Shown: positions 1 through 9,554 of the stretch, piece by piece
Numbering within the stretch: position 1 is the stretch's first letter
Layout of the letters: each line of letters starts with the position of its first letter
From: an uncultured Actinomycetes bacterium
Lineage (GTDB): Bacteria > Actinomycetota > Actinomycetes > Nanopelagicales > Nanopelagicaceae
Assembly (NCBI GenBank): GCA_903822245.1
Contig: CAIJOE010000008.1
Span: 1-34,967, forward strand
DNA length: 34,967 nucleotides
Reading direction: 5' to 3'
Translations under genes and position numbers: made by a program
The notes under the pieces: model-generated
Seen by the model: only the letters and a program-made list of their open reading frames with translations
Database searches by the model: none
What the model was told of the DNA's origin: nothing

Positions 1-287
1 ATCCAAAGCTCAATCATTTCAAATGGATCTGTGGCACCACCAATGGCAGTAGCTAACCGAGTTTGATAGTAATCAAGTTCCTCTAGAACTAAGTCAGCCA
101 CTAAATCAGCTGAACTTGCAAAATACTCATAGATTGAACTTCTAGCCAGCCCAGCTTTTTGCGCAACAGCAGCAACAGTGATTGATTCGGCGCCATCAGA
201 TAACGCAAGTTCAATGGCAGCAGCCATTAATTGCTGGCGACGCATCTCGCGATTTGCAGCTACCGTTGGGGCTTGGATCTTAGGCAC
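1..287 (-). CDS. TetR/AcrR family transcriptional regulator (runs off the window start; 3' part missing)
   Basis: Not in the ORF track. Manual minus-strand translation from GTG at 287 gives MPKIQAPTVAANREMRRQQLMAAAIELALSDGAESITVAAVAQKAGLARSSIYEYFASSADLV..., a typical TetR helix-turn-helix. Confidence 0.9.
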   Translation of the reverse strand, partial: MPKIQAPTVAANREMRRQQLMAAAIELALSDGAESITVAAVAQKAGLARSSIYEYFASSADLVADLVLEELDYYQTRLATAIGGATDPFEMIELW

Positions 288-384
288 GAACAATTCTCTC
301 ACTTTTGCCCTATCTCTGCCAGACTCAGCAAACCCTCAGGCCAATCACCCCGTTGGCTAATCAATTGGATACATTATTTCTCTC

Positions 385-771
385 ATGAAAGCACAAATTG
401 GAATCCTTGCCTTTGCCGTAGCACTCGGAGGGGCAGTTGCCTATAAAGAGTTACACAAATCAACTGGCACGCCACTCCCAATCACTTCAGTGGCTCCAAC
501 AGCAAGTCAAAACACTTCGGCTATAACTCCAGTTGATCAAAGCACTTCAACCCAAAGTAGTAATTCAAGTAGTAATACAAATGGAACTAGTGCCTCTAGT
601 ACAAGCACAACAACTTTGAAGAAAGCTGCACCAATTGCGACGAAGAAACAATCCCCTACAACTATGGCAGTCCCAGGAACAACCGGTGGCTTTAAGCCCC
701 CATCAGTTAACGGTGGTGGCGAGGGTGAACATCGAGGTGGCGGTGAAAATGAAGGCGGAGAAGACGACTAA
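385..771 (+). CDS. Hypothetical secreted or membrane-anchored Ser/Thr-rich protein with Gly/Glu/Asp-rich tail
   Basis: N-terminal hydrophobic segment (MKAQIGILAFAVALGGAVAY), S/T-rich linker, C-terminus GGGEGEHRGGGENEGGEDD; -10-like CATTAT 7 nt before the ATG. Confidence 0.7.
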   Translation: MKAQIGILAFAVALGGAVAYKELHKSTGTPLPITSVAPTASQNTSAITPVDQSTSTQSSNSSSNTNGTSASSTSTTTLKKAAPIATKKQSPTTMAVPGTTGGFKPPSVNGGGEGEHRGGGENEGGEDD

Positions 772-1685
772 TTAGTCTTTGCTTCAAATCTTTTAGAGAT
801 AGCAATTGAAGAAAGAGTAAGAAGTGTTCCAAAGATTAGGTAACCACTTATTCCACCAGAGTGGGTGGGCGCAATCCAATCACAAGCAAGAGCTCCAGTT
901 AATTGGCCTGTCACACTAAGTAAAATAAAGTTTAGAACTCCCAAGCCTTTAATTATGTAAGCAGATACCGCCACGAAAATTAGACCAATTGGCCCGCCTA
1001 AGTAAATCCACGGGTTGTGGGGAAGTGCGCCAATATGTAGACCGCGAACTAATTGGAATGCCAGTGCTACAGAGATGATCAATGCGCCCATCAAGAAATT
1101 TAGAAAAGTCGTAGCAAGTGCGCTTTTTGAGATTGCAACAACTCGACCATTAAATGCCTGTTGAACTGATACGCCGGTGCCCACGATTAGTGCTGCAACC
1201 AAAGCCGCTATATTGAAAGTTGAACTCTTTAGATCTGGATAGACAGCGATAAAAACTGAAACAAGTGTGACGGCTGCTGCAATTACTCGTGGTGGGGTGA
1301 TTTTCTTCTTGCCACTTGGGGATAGGCCGATCTTGTCCACAACTAAAGAAGATGCTGTTTGCCCAGCGACCACTGAAATAGTAAATAGAGCAACTCCAAT
1401 TACTGGAACTGTGATGCTTTGTACCGAAACAAAGAAACCACCGATTACGCCACCAGTAATTTCCCAGATTAAAAGTTTACGATGACGCACCGAATGAAAA
1501 ATAATTTTTAGGGCATCTCGTTCTTTTTTAATACCAAAAACCAAAACTATAAGAAATATCCAACCAGTAATAAAGGAAATTAGCGCTGCAGCAAGTCCAC
1601 TATGTATGTCTTTAGAGAGTTGCCCGTTTAGGCGGGACTGGACTGCTGTGAGGGCACCAATGAATACCGCAAGGAATCCGAACAA
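768..1685 (-). CDS. DMT superfamily transporter (YdcZ/DUF606-like, two repeats)
   Basis: About 10 TM segments; repeated motifs QSRLNGQL / QQAFNGRV, GGVIGGFFV / GGPIGLIFV, AGQTASSLVVD / GQLTGALACD. TTG start abuts the LCP stop. Confidence 0.85.
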   Translation of the reverse strand: MFGFLAVFIGALTAVQSRLNGQLSKDIHSGLAAALISFITGWIFLIVLVFGIKKERDALKIIFHSVRHRKLLIWEITGGVIGGFFVSVQSITVPVIGVALFTISVVAGQTASSLVVDKIGLSPSGKKKITPPRVIAAAVTLVSVFIAVYPDLKSSTFNIAALVAALIVGTGVSVQQAFNGRVVAISKSALATTFLNFLMGALIISVALAFQLVRGLHIGALPHNPWIYLGGPIGLIFVAVSAYIIKGLGVLNFILLSVTGQLTGALACDWIAPTHSGGISGYLIFGTLLTLSSIAISKRFEAKTN

Positions 1686-2822
1686 TTAGTTCACACACGG
1701 AATTCCACTGCCACTTACAGCTTTACCATTGGCCTGATTAGCGGCCTTAGTTGTAGTTGGCGATGGAGTTGGTGACCCCTTTGGCACGGGTGTTGGGTAG
1801 AAAAGATCTTGAACAAACTTTTTGACTTTAACTTCATCAATCACATTGACGCTCTGTGAATCGCGGAATCCATAACTTTCAATAGGCAATGTATGGAAAG
1901 TAATGTTTCCGCCAGTTAGTGCTTTGGCCTTAGGTAAGAAGCCAAGAACATCCCAACCAGAATCGATTACTACATCTTTCTTTGCCACATTTAGAAGTCC
2001 TGAAAGTTTGCTCAAATCTGCGAAGATTCCTTGAGTTCTAAATTTTGTAATTACGCCAGTAATAAATGCTTGCTGGCGATGCGTGCGATCTAGATCGCCA
2101 TTTGGCAGGCCGTGACGTTGGCGCACGAACTTAAGGGCGTCCACACCAGAAATTGTTTGCAATCCTGCAGGAAATACTGCGCCGGAGTATTGCTTGTCAT
2201 TTACGGCGTTCTTTAAACAAACTTGAATCCCACCAAGAGCATTTGCTAGATCATAAAATCCAACTAGATTTACTTCGGCAAAATGATCAATCGGGACATC
2301 AAGCAAAGCAGTGATTGTCTTAATTGTCGAAGTTCTACCTGCTTCTCGGGCTTGGTGCTCGCGGTCTGGATTTTGGACGCCTAATTTATAAAGGCGAGAG
2401 TCTTCACTATATTTGGCATAGCCATAAGCCTCTTTAATTTTCTTATTTCCATAACCATGAACTGCGACATAGTCATCGCGAGGAATTGAAACCGCGACTG
2501 CCTTCTTCCCTCCTGCAGGGATGTGAATCAAAATCATAGTGTTTGTGTTATATCCACCAATTGCCGATGAAGAACCAACATGCATCAAATCAAGAAGAGC
2601 TCTTGGGAGATTTCCACCATTGTTATCGCGGCGACTGTCTAGACCAAGCAAAAGAATATTTGTGCCACCATCACTAGATTGCTTGGCTCCATCTAGCGCT
2701 TTTGATCTAGGTATCGCAGTAGAGGCAGTCTTATTGAAAAAGTAGGTACCAGCCGAAGCAAAAACAATTGAGATTGAAAGCGCTATAGCTAGCCTTTTAG
2801 GCCACTTCTTGGATGCGCGCAT
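1686..2822 (-). CDS. LCP (LytR-CpsA-Psr) family cell-wall glycopolymer transferase
   Basis: N-terminal TM; NILLLGLDSR, SIPRDDYV, ALKFVRQRHGLPNGDLDRTHRQQAF motifs. Confidence 0.93.
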   Translation of the reverse strand: MRASKKWPKRLAIALSISIVFASAGTYFFNKTASTAIPRSKALDGAKQSSDGGTNILLLGLDSRRDNNGGNLPRALLDLMHVGSSSAIGGYNTNTMILIHIPAGGKKAVAVSIPRDDYVAVHGYGNKKIKEAYGYAKYSEDSRLYKLGVQNPDREHQAREAGRTSTIKTITALLDVPIDHFAEVNLVGFYDLANALGGIQVCLKNAVNDKQYSGAVFPAGLQTISGVDALKFVRQRHGLPNGDLDRTHRQQAFITGVITKFRTQGIFADLSKLSGLLNVAKKDVVIDSGWDVLGFLPKAKALTGGNITFHTLPIESYGFRDSQSVNVIDEVKVKKFVQDLFYPTPVPKGSPTPSPTTTKAANQANGKAVSGSGIPCVN

Positions 2823-2889
2823 ATGCCTAATCCTACTAATAGAGTCCAGATAAACCTGCCAACTAAGTTGTGGGCCGTATCATTAGGCT

Positions 2890-3270
2890 ATGAGCAAAAT
2901 TTCTGAGTTCAACACTAAATTAGCAGCGAAAATAACATCTGGTGTTTCAACTATGTGGTGTGCATATATTTTTGCTGCTCTCGCTCTCATCTCACTCCCA
3001 GCAGCACTTAAGACCGGCGATGTTGTAGTCATCGTAGCTTGGGTGGCCCAGACTTTTTTGCAACTAGTCCTGCTATCAATAATTATGGTTGGCCAAAATG
3101 TTGCATCAGCTGCAGTAGAGCAAAAGATAAATGAAACCCATGAAGCCTCTCTTGGCGAGTTCGAACTTGCGAAAGAGGCTAGGTCGATTGCCAATCAGGA
3201 GCTAGCCGAGCTTAAGGAACTTTCACGAGAGATGCATCAAGTATTGAAGGATATTGAGGGCAAGAAATAG
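2890..3270 (+). CDS. DUF1003-like small membrane protein with C-terminal coiled coil
   Basis: Two TM segments, QTFLQLVLLSIIMVGQN motif, charged helical C-terminus; TATCAT 6 nt before the ATG. Confidence 0.7.
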   Translation: MSKISEFNTKLAAKITSGVSTMWCAYIFAALALISLPAALKTGDVVVIVAWVAQTFLQLVLLSIIMVGQNVASAAVEQKINETHEASLGEFELAKEARSIANQELAELKELSREMHQVLKDIEGKK

Positions 3271-3272
3271 CA

Positions 3273-4505
3273 GTGAAGATAAAAGAACTTTTTGAAAATA
3301 AATATTTAAAGCGTTTTATTTTGGCTCGCTTTATCTCAAACTTTGGTAATGGTATGTCACCAATTGCCTTAGCTTTCGGCATACTTCATCTACCAAACGG
3401 GTCTGCGAATATTCTTGGCTTGGTACTTGGTTCAGCCACCGTGGCGATGCTAATTATGAGTCCATTTGGTGGTGCTATTGCCGATAAATTCGGACAGGTA
3501 AGAGTTGCCGGATTTGTTGATATCTTGGCATCAGTTGGGCTATTTATCCAGGTTGGTTTCTTCGCAACTGGGCACGTCCCACTAGCTGTTATGTTTATAG
3601 CAAACATAAATTTTGGTTTGATGTGGGGAATCTTCTGGCCCGCAATGTCTGGAGTATTACCAGCAATTGTTCCTGATGAACAACTTCAAACAGGAAATGC
3701 GGTCAATCAATTCTTTCAAAATGGTGCAATGATTCTTGGCGCCGCCACTGGCGGAATTATTGTCTCGCAATTTGGAAGCACTTGGGCCCTAGGTATTGAT
3801 GCAGCAACCTTCACAATTGCAGGGGCCTTAGTACTTTCCTTTGGTCACATTATTCCCAAGCGAGCTGCAAATGGAAACACAATGCTCGATGACTTAATCC
3901 ATGGCTGGAAACTCTTTTTGTCTTATCGCTGGATAGTCTCAGGTGTTTTGGGTTTTTCATTAATTGTTTTATGTTGGGCAGCAGGTCAAGAGATCCTTGG
4001 CCCAATTATTGCGCTCAAGGATTTTAATGGCCCTAAATCCTGGGCATTTGTATTAACTGCAGAATCAATTGGCTATGTGATCGGCTCACTTACCGCCATG
4101 AAGATTAAGCCAAAGCACCCACTTCGATTTCTCCTGAGCATAACTTTCTCTATGCCACTTTTTCTGTGGTCACTTTCTAAACCACAATCACTTTGGTTTA
4201 TCGCTTTATGCGCCTTACTTTGGGGAATTTGCTTAGATTTGTGGTCAAGTCTTTGGTCAACTGCAATGCAACGCGAAGTTCCTCGCGAGGCTTTATCTAG
4301 AATCTCTTCCTTTGATGCCATGGGAACCATGATGTTTCGCCCAGTTGGCTTGGCAATTGCTGGCCCACTTTCACTTCTTCTGGGGATCCCCCACACAATG
4401 CAATTACTTACTGCCGTTTGTCTTTTGATGATCGGCGTCATGTTCGCGATACCGGAGATGCGAAATATGAAGATGAAAACAATCTCTCAGGAAACTCTTA
4501 CCTAG
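3273..4505 (+). CDS. MFS transporter (DHA3/MefA-like)
   Basis: About 12 TM segments; motif A-like GGAIADKFG; PAMSGVLPAIVP; QREVPREALSRISS. Confidence 0.88.
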   Translation: MKIKELFENKYLKRFILARFISNFGNGMSPIALAFGILHLPNGSANILGLVLGSATVAMLIMSPFGGAIADKFGQVRVAGFVDILASVGLFIQVGFFATGHVPLAVMFIANINFGLMWGIFWPAMSGVLPAIVPDEQLQTGNAVNQFFQNGAMILGAATGGIIVSQFGSTWALGIDAATFTIAGALVLSFGHIIPKRAANGNTMLDDLIHGWKLFLSYRWIVSGVLGFSLIVLCWAAGQEILGPIIALKDFNGPKSWAFVLTAESIGYVIGSLTAMKIKPKHPLRFLLSITFSMPLFLWSLSKPQSLWFIALCALLWGICLDLWSSLWSTAMQREVPREALSRISSFDAMGTMMFRPVGLAIAGPLSLLLGIPHTMQLLTAVCLLMIGVMFAIPEMRNMKMKTISQETLT

Positions 4506-4539
4506 TACTCTATTTGTGTTAAGCCCCTGGAGGTTGAAT

Positions 4540-5673
4540 ATGCCCATGAAAAATCTAATTCGCACAACGACGGCAAAGGTAACTATCGGCTTTGTACTTG
4601 GCGCAGGGGCTGTTGGTGGTGTTGCTACAGCATCTGGAACATTTAGTAACTCGGTTGCAAGTGCCTGCGTGGATTCAAAGACAAACGCAATTTATGCCAA
4701 CCCAACCGGATCTTGTCCCAAGGGGCGAAGTTCAATAACTCTGGGTTCACCTGCCGGAAGCATTGCAGGTGTTGTGCAGAAAGTTTCGCCATCGGTTGTA
4801 ACAGTAAATGTCACCAGTAGCCTAGGTAGCGGTACCGGTTCTGGTGTTATCTATCAAACAAGTGCAACTCAAACTTATATCATCACAAATAATCACGTAA
4901 TTGAATCTGCAGTTACCACTGGGACCATCGAAGTTGAAATGGATAATGGCGAAATAGTCCCAGCAACTATTGTCGGTCGCGATTCGGCCTATGACTTGGC
5001 TGTAATTAAGATCAGCAAAGGAAATCAACCAACAATCACTGTTGGAAATTCTTCAACACTAAATATTGGTGATCAGGTAATTGCCTTTGGCTCACCACTC
5101 GGCCTTGATCACACTGTGACTTCTGGAATAGTTTCTTCACTCAATCGTCCGGTTACAACCGGGACAACAGGGGCTGAGTCATATGTTGATGCAATCCAAA
5201 CAGATGCTGCTATTAATCCTGGAAATTCTGGAGGAGCACTCACAGATGCCCAAGGCAATCTAGTCGGGATTAACTCTGCGATCGCAAGCTTGGGGAGCTC
5301 TTCCCTTTCACAGAGCGGTTCTATTGGTGTGGGCTTCTCAATTCCAATTAGCGAAACCCAACGAGTCATTGATGAAATTATTAAGAACGGTAAGGCAACC
5401 AGGCCATTTCTCGGAGTTACTTTCGATCAAACCTACACAGGCAAGGGTGCAAGAATTCAAACTATATCTACCGGAGAAGCGGCACAAAAGGCAGGAATAG
5501 TTGCTGGTTCAATTATTACCAAGATTGATAACGTCCGAGTTACTGATTTAGTTTCAGCAATCGTTCGAATTCGCTCTTATTCACCAGGTGATAAAGCTTC
5601 GATTACCTTAACGGTGCCAACTGGTGCAAGCAAGACCATCACTGTCACTTTTGGCTCAGCTTCTACGAATTAG
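4540..5673 (+). CDS. HtrA/DegP-family trypsin-like serine protease with one PDZ domain
   Basis: Catalytic triad motifs TNNHV, DLAV, TDAAINPGNSGG; C-terminal PDZ. Start moved to ATG 4540, which follows GGAGG. Confidence 0.93.
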   Translation: MPMKNLIRTTTAKVTIGFVLGAGAVGGVATASGTFSNSVASACVDSKTNAIYANPTGSCPKGRSSITLGSPAGSIAGVVQKVSPSVVTVNVTSSLGSGTGSGVIYQTSATQTYIITNNHVIESAVTTGTIEVEMDNGEIVPATIVGRDSAYDLAVIKISKGNQPTITVGNSSTLNIGDQVIAFGSPLGLDHTVTSGIVSSLNRPVTTGTTGAESYVDAIQTDAAINPGNSGGALTDAQGNLVGINSAIASLGSSSLSQSGSIGVGFSIPISETQRVIDEIIKNGKATRPFLGVTFDQTYTGKGARIQTISTGEAAQKAGIVAGSIITKIDNVRVTDLVSAIVRIRSYSPGDKASITLTVPTGASKTITVTFGSASTN

Positions 5674-6461
5674 AACCTATCTCTAATCGCCCAAAGGTCT
5701 GGAAAGACTGGGTTAAAGAGCGTTGAAGCTAAGTATCCAACGCCACTTGATCCACCGGTTCCAGACTTGTGCCCGATAGTTCTTTCAACCATCTTCACAT
5801 GGCGGTATCGCCATTCTTGTAATCCTTCATCGATATCTAGTAAACGCTCACAAATCATTGCGCTCTCAGGATCATTCTTATGAACAAATACCAAGATATC
5901 TTGGATGTCTTCATTTGCTTCATATGCAACATTGAAATCTCGCTTTAGAAAACGTTCTGGAACGCTATGTCCTCGCTTTGATAAGTAAGCCAAAGTCGAG
6001 TCCCAAAGTGATCGTTCATTTGTAATTAGGGCAATCTCTGCTTGGGCATCGGGCGGTAGGTGGCCAGACATTTTCGCATCACGGCGGCCAAGGATCGCTT
6101 CTACTTCACGAAATTGTGCTGACTGAAAACCAGAAGAGGATGAAAGGCGGCCTCGGAATGAATTGAACTGAAGTGGTGTCATTGTTTCTAAAATATCTAC
6201 TTGGGAAACACATGTTTTTAAGATGGTGCGGATTCTTCCAAGCATTGCAAGTGAAGCGTAGGTATCACCAGCTTCTAATGTTTTCTGAGCTCCAAAGAAC
6301 TCATGTTGGAGCTGCTTAAACCAAAGCTCATAGGTTTGATGGATAACTATGAATAGAAGTTCATCATGCTCTGGCCCATCTGAAAGTGGCCGCTGAAGTT
6401 GAAGAAGTTCATCGATTGCTAAATATGATGAATAGGTTAGAGCTGGATCAAAGTCGCTCAT
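5670..6461 (-). CDS. kynA: Tryptophan 2,3-dioxygenase
   Basis: HDELLFIVIHQTYELWFKQ, SGFQSAQFR, WRYRHVKMVERTIG and GTGGSSG motifs. Confidence 0.95.
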   Translation of the reverse strand: MSDFDPALTYSSYLAIDELLQLQRPLSDGPEHDELLFIVIHQTYELWFKQLQHEFFGAQKTLEAGDTYASLAMLGRIRTILKTCVSQVDILETMTPLQFNSFRGRLSSSSGFQSAQFREVEAILGRRDAKMSGHLPPDAQAEIALITNERSLWDSTLAYLSKRGHSVPERFLKRDFNVAYEANEDIQDILVFVHKNDPESAMICERLLDIDEGLQEWRYRHVKMVERTIGHKSGTGGSSGVGYLASTLFNPVFPDLWAIRDRF

Positions 6462-7732
6462 GTTACTTTCAAACCATCAGTACTTACCTTCTTATATTCC
6501 CCAGATGAAACTAAGTCACGCAAGCGTTGAAAACCATCCCAAACTTCAACATAACTAGTTGGTAATGGGGCAATTGCTAAGCGAATCGAATTTGGTTCCC
6601 GATAATCTGGAATAACATTTGAAATCACACGAAGTGCAATCGCAATTACTTTGGCATCAGGATGAATTAACGAGATATGGCCACCTCGCTCTTCTGGATT
6701 TCTCGAGGTATTGAGCGTAAATCCAAGATCCTTTAGCCATGCATCATAAAGACTAATCATCATCTCGGTTCCCTTGGCACACTTCTCTGCGATCCTTTGG
6801 ATTCCTGCTTGTTCAATCATTCCAAATGCTGTTTGGACACATCGAAGGCCCATGATGGAAGGAGATGCAATCTGGTAACCACGGATGGTCTGTTGCTTCT
6901 TAAAGTCTGCGCCCATAGCAAATTGGTTTTCTTGGGCGAACCAACCTTGTATTGGAACTCGCAACTCTTTTTGAATGCGCTTTGAAACGTATAGCCAAGC
7001 CGGTGAGCCTGGGCCTGAGTTTCCATATTTATAGGTGCAACCAACAGCTAAGTCCACACCATTGGCATCAAAGTCCATTTCGATAGCACCAGCAGCGTGG
7101 CTAGCATCCCAAATAGTTAGTGCACCGTATTTTCTAGCCAAATCCGTTATTGCTTTGATATCTGTGCGAGCACCAGAGCGGTATTGAATAACTTCAAATG
7201 TCACGAACGCAACATCTTCTGACATGTATTTTTCAAGAATTTCTGGAGTAATACGTTCGTATTCTGCAGAGCCGGGAGTTTCGTTATCAATAGTAATTAA
7301 CTTAAGCCCCATGCGATCGGCATAACCCTGCATGATGTAACGATCGGTTGGGAAATTTGCCGCATCGATGATTATTGTTTTGCGGCCAGGCCTGGCAGCT
7401 AAGGCAGCACCAACTAGTTGGAAAAAATTAACCGAAGTTGTATCGCAAGAAAGTACCTGACCAGCAGCTGCGCCAAGAGTTGCACGGCCAATCAAATCAC
7501 CAGTGGTTTGGGCCTCATCGATCCAGTCGGCCCAACCCTCAACTACTTTTGTTCCCCATTCATTTATAAGAAAGTTATTAATCACTTCGACAGTTTTCTT
7601 TGGGAGTCGACCTAAAGAATTACCGTCTAAATAGCAAATATTTGGGTCGGTATTAACAAATTGATCGCGATACTTTGCGAGTGGATCAGTTACATCTAAA
7701 TCAAGCGCATATTGACGATCTGTAATAGCCAT
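6458..7732 (-). CDS. kynU: Kynureninase
   Basis: YLDGNSLG, FPTDRY, WDASHAAG, PLP-lysine motif GCTYKYGNSGPG, GWF, RGGH; 4-nt overlap with kynA. Confidence 0.95.
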   Translation of the reverse strand: MAITDRQYALDLDVTDPLAKYRDQFVNTDPNICYLDGNSLGRLPKKTVEVINNFLINEWGTKVVEGWADWIDEAQTTGDLIGRATLGAAAGQVLSCDTTSVNFFQLVGAALAARPGRKTIIIDAANFPTDRYIMQGYADRMGLKLITIDNETPGSAEYERITPEILEKYMSEDVAFVTFEVIQYRSGARTDIKAITDLARKYGALTIWDASHAAGAIEMDFDANGVDLAVGCTYKYGNSGPGSPAWLYVSKRIQKELRVPIQGWFAQENQFAMGADFKKQQTIRGYQIASPSIMGLRCVQTAFGMIEQAGIQRIAEKCAKGTEMMISLYDAWLKDLGFTLNTSRNPEERGGHISLIHPDAKVIAIALRVISNVIPDYREPNSIRLAIAPLPTSYVEVWDGFQRLRDLVSSGEYKKVSTDGLKVT

Positions 7733-7738
7733 TTACGT

Positions 7739-7762
7739 ACTCTAGCAATCCTCAATTAGAGT
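7739..7762. promoter_or_regulatory. Back-to-back leaderless promoters for kynU (-) and the ABC-F gene (+)
   Basis: TAGAGT on the minus strand (7739-7744) and on the plus strand (7757-7762), each exactly 6 nt from its start codon; no Shine-Dalgarno. Confidence 0.65.
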
Positions 7763-7768
7763 GGGATA

Positions 7769-9550
7769 GTGGCGATAAGAAATCTTCTCAATCTCGAATC
7801 GGTCTCCAAGGCCTTCGATATTCGCCCTCTTCTTTCAAGCGTCTCTTTAGGAATAAATGAAGGTGAGCGCATTGGAATTGTTGGTCGAAATGGTGATGGA
7901 AAGAGCACGCTGCTAAAAATTATGGCTGGCATGGAACCACCTGATTCTGGCCGAGTAGCAAAAGCTGGTGAGGTGAGCATTGGAGTTCTTGGGCAAGTTG
8001 ATACTGCCAAGCCTGGAGCATTGGTTCGCGATGTTGTATTAGGAAACAAAGAGGAACATGAATGGGCGCGCGACTCATCTGTGCGCGAAGTTTTAACCGG
8101 TTTATTCGGCGGCTTTAGTGATGAACTACTTGATCGGGAATTTGAAGCGCTCTCGGGCGGGGAAAGGCGCCGAGTTAATTTAGCTAAATTATTAGTGGGA
8201 GAGTTTGACCTTATTTTGCTAGATGAGCCAACAAACCATTTGGACGTTGAAGGTGTTGCTTGGTTAGCTGAACATATTAAAACTAGAAATAAATTAGCAG
8301 TTGCTGTAATTACCCACGATCGTTGGTTCTTGGATGAAGTTTCAGATCAAATTTGGGAAGTTGTTGAAGGAAATGTTTTGGCCTATGAAGGAGGATATTC
8401 GGCATACGTACTTTCTAAAGCAGAGCGGGCCCGCCAACAATCTGTGGAGTCAGGTAAGCGGGCAATGTTGATTCGTAAAGAATTGGCTTGGCTTCGCCGT
8501 GGCGCACCAGCTAGAACAGCGAAACCAAAATTTAGAATTGAAGCCGCCAACACCTTAATTGAAAATGAACCGCCACCTCGTAATCAAACTGAGCTACTTA
8601 ACTTTGCCGCAAACAGACTCGGCAATACTGTTTTTGAAATTCACCAAGCTTCAATTTCGGCTGGACCAAAGCCAATCCTTAACGACATTTATTGGAATGT
8701 TGGGCCTGGTGATCGAATTGGAATTGTTGGGGTGAATGGTTCTGGCAAAACGACGTTGATGCGCGCGCTACTTCAACAAATAAAACCAACTGCTGGAAAA
8801 ATTGTCACCGGCGTGACGGTTAAGCCAGCGTTTCTTTCCCAGCACTTAGAAGAGCTAGATCCAAAGTGGCGCGTGCTTGAGGCGGTTGAGAAAATTGCGA
8901 ACAACGTTCAACTAGGAAACGGCAAAGAACTTTCAGCAAGTCAGCTCTGCGAACGACTGGGATTTGATGCTGATTCACAGTGGACACCAGTAGGAGATCT
9001 TTCTGGCGGAGAGCGCCGCAGGCTGCAATTAACCCGATTATTGATGGATAGCCCAAATGTGTTGCTACTAGATGAACCAACTAATGATTTTGATGTTGAA
9101 ACCCTCACCGCTTTGGAAGATTTATTGGATTCTTTTGGTGGGACCTTGCTAGTCATCTCCCACGATAGATATTTCCTAGAGCGAGTTTGTGATCGATTTG
9201 TTGGGCTTCTTGGCGATGGCTCACTTCGAGATCTACCCGGTGGAATTGAAGAATATTTGAAGTTAAGAAGCGCCTCACTTTCCATCACAACTCCATCGCA
9301 AGCCAAATCAGGTAAATCCAGTGCCGCCGAGTCTCGGCTAGTAAAGAAAGAAATATCAAAGTTTGAAAAACAACTAGAGCGGGCAGAAGTAGAAATTGCA
9401 TCGTTAGTAAAAGCACAGGGCGATTTAGCTTTTGATCATGAAAAATTAGCAAAAGTAATGGAAGAATTAGCAGCGGCTAAGGCTAAGAAAGATGTGATCG
9501 AAGAAGCCTGGTTAAGTGCGATAACAACGCTTGAAGAGTTAGGGGAGTAA
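7769..9550 (+). CDS. ABC-F family ATPase (Uup-like)
   Basis: Two NBDs (GRNGDGKST/LSGGERRR/LLDEPTNHLD and GVNGSGKTT/LSGGERRR/LLDEPTNDFD), linker ELAWLRRGAPARTAKPKFR, C-terminal coiled coil, no TM. Confidence 0.92.
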   Translation: MAIRNLLNLESVSKAFDIRPLLSSVSLGINEGERIGIVGRNGDGKSTLLKIMAGMEPPDSGRVAKAGEVSIGVLGQVDTAKPGALVRDVVLGNKEEHEWARDSSVREVLTGLFGGFSDELLDREFEALSGGERRRVNLAKLLVGEFDLILLDEPTNHLDVEGVAWLAEHIKTRNKLAVAVITHDRWFLDEVSDQIWEVVEGNVLAYEGGYSAYVLSKAERARQQSVESGKRAMLIRKELAWLRRGAPARTAKPKFRIEAANTLIENEPPPRNQTELLNFAANRLGNTVFEIHQASISAGPKPILNDIYWNVGPGDRIGIVGVNGSGKTTLMRALLQQIKPTAGKIVTGVTVKPAFLSQHLEELDPKWRVLEAVEKIANNVQLGNGKELSASQLCERLGFDADSQWTPVGDLSGGERRRLQLTRLLMDSPNVLLLDEPTNDFDVETLTALEDLLDSFGGTLLVISHDRYFLERVCDRFVGLLGDGSLRDLPGGIEEYLKLRSASLSITTPSQAKSGKSSAAESRLVKKEISKFEKQLERAEVEIASLVKAQGDLAFDHEKLAKVMEELAAAKAKKDVIEEAWLSAITTLEELGE

Positions 9551-9554
9551 GAAA

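Noticed and set aside
178-446. Short plus-strand ORFs 178..360 and 231..446
   Set aside because: They are shadows of the minus-strand TetR gene and of the 385 ORF.
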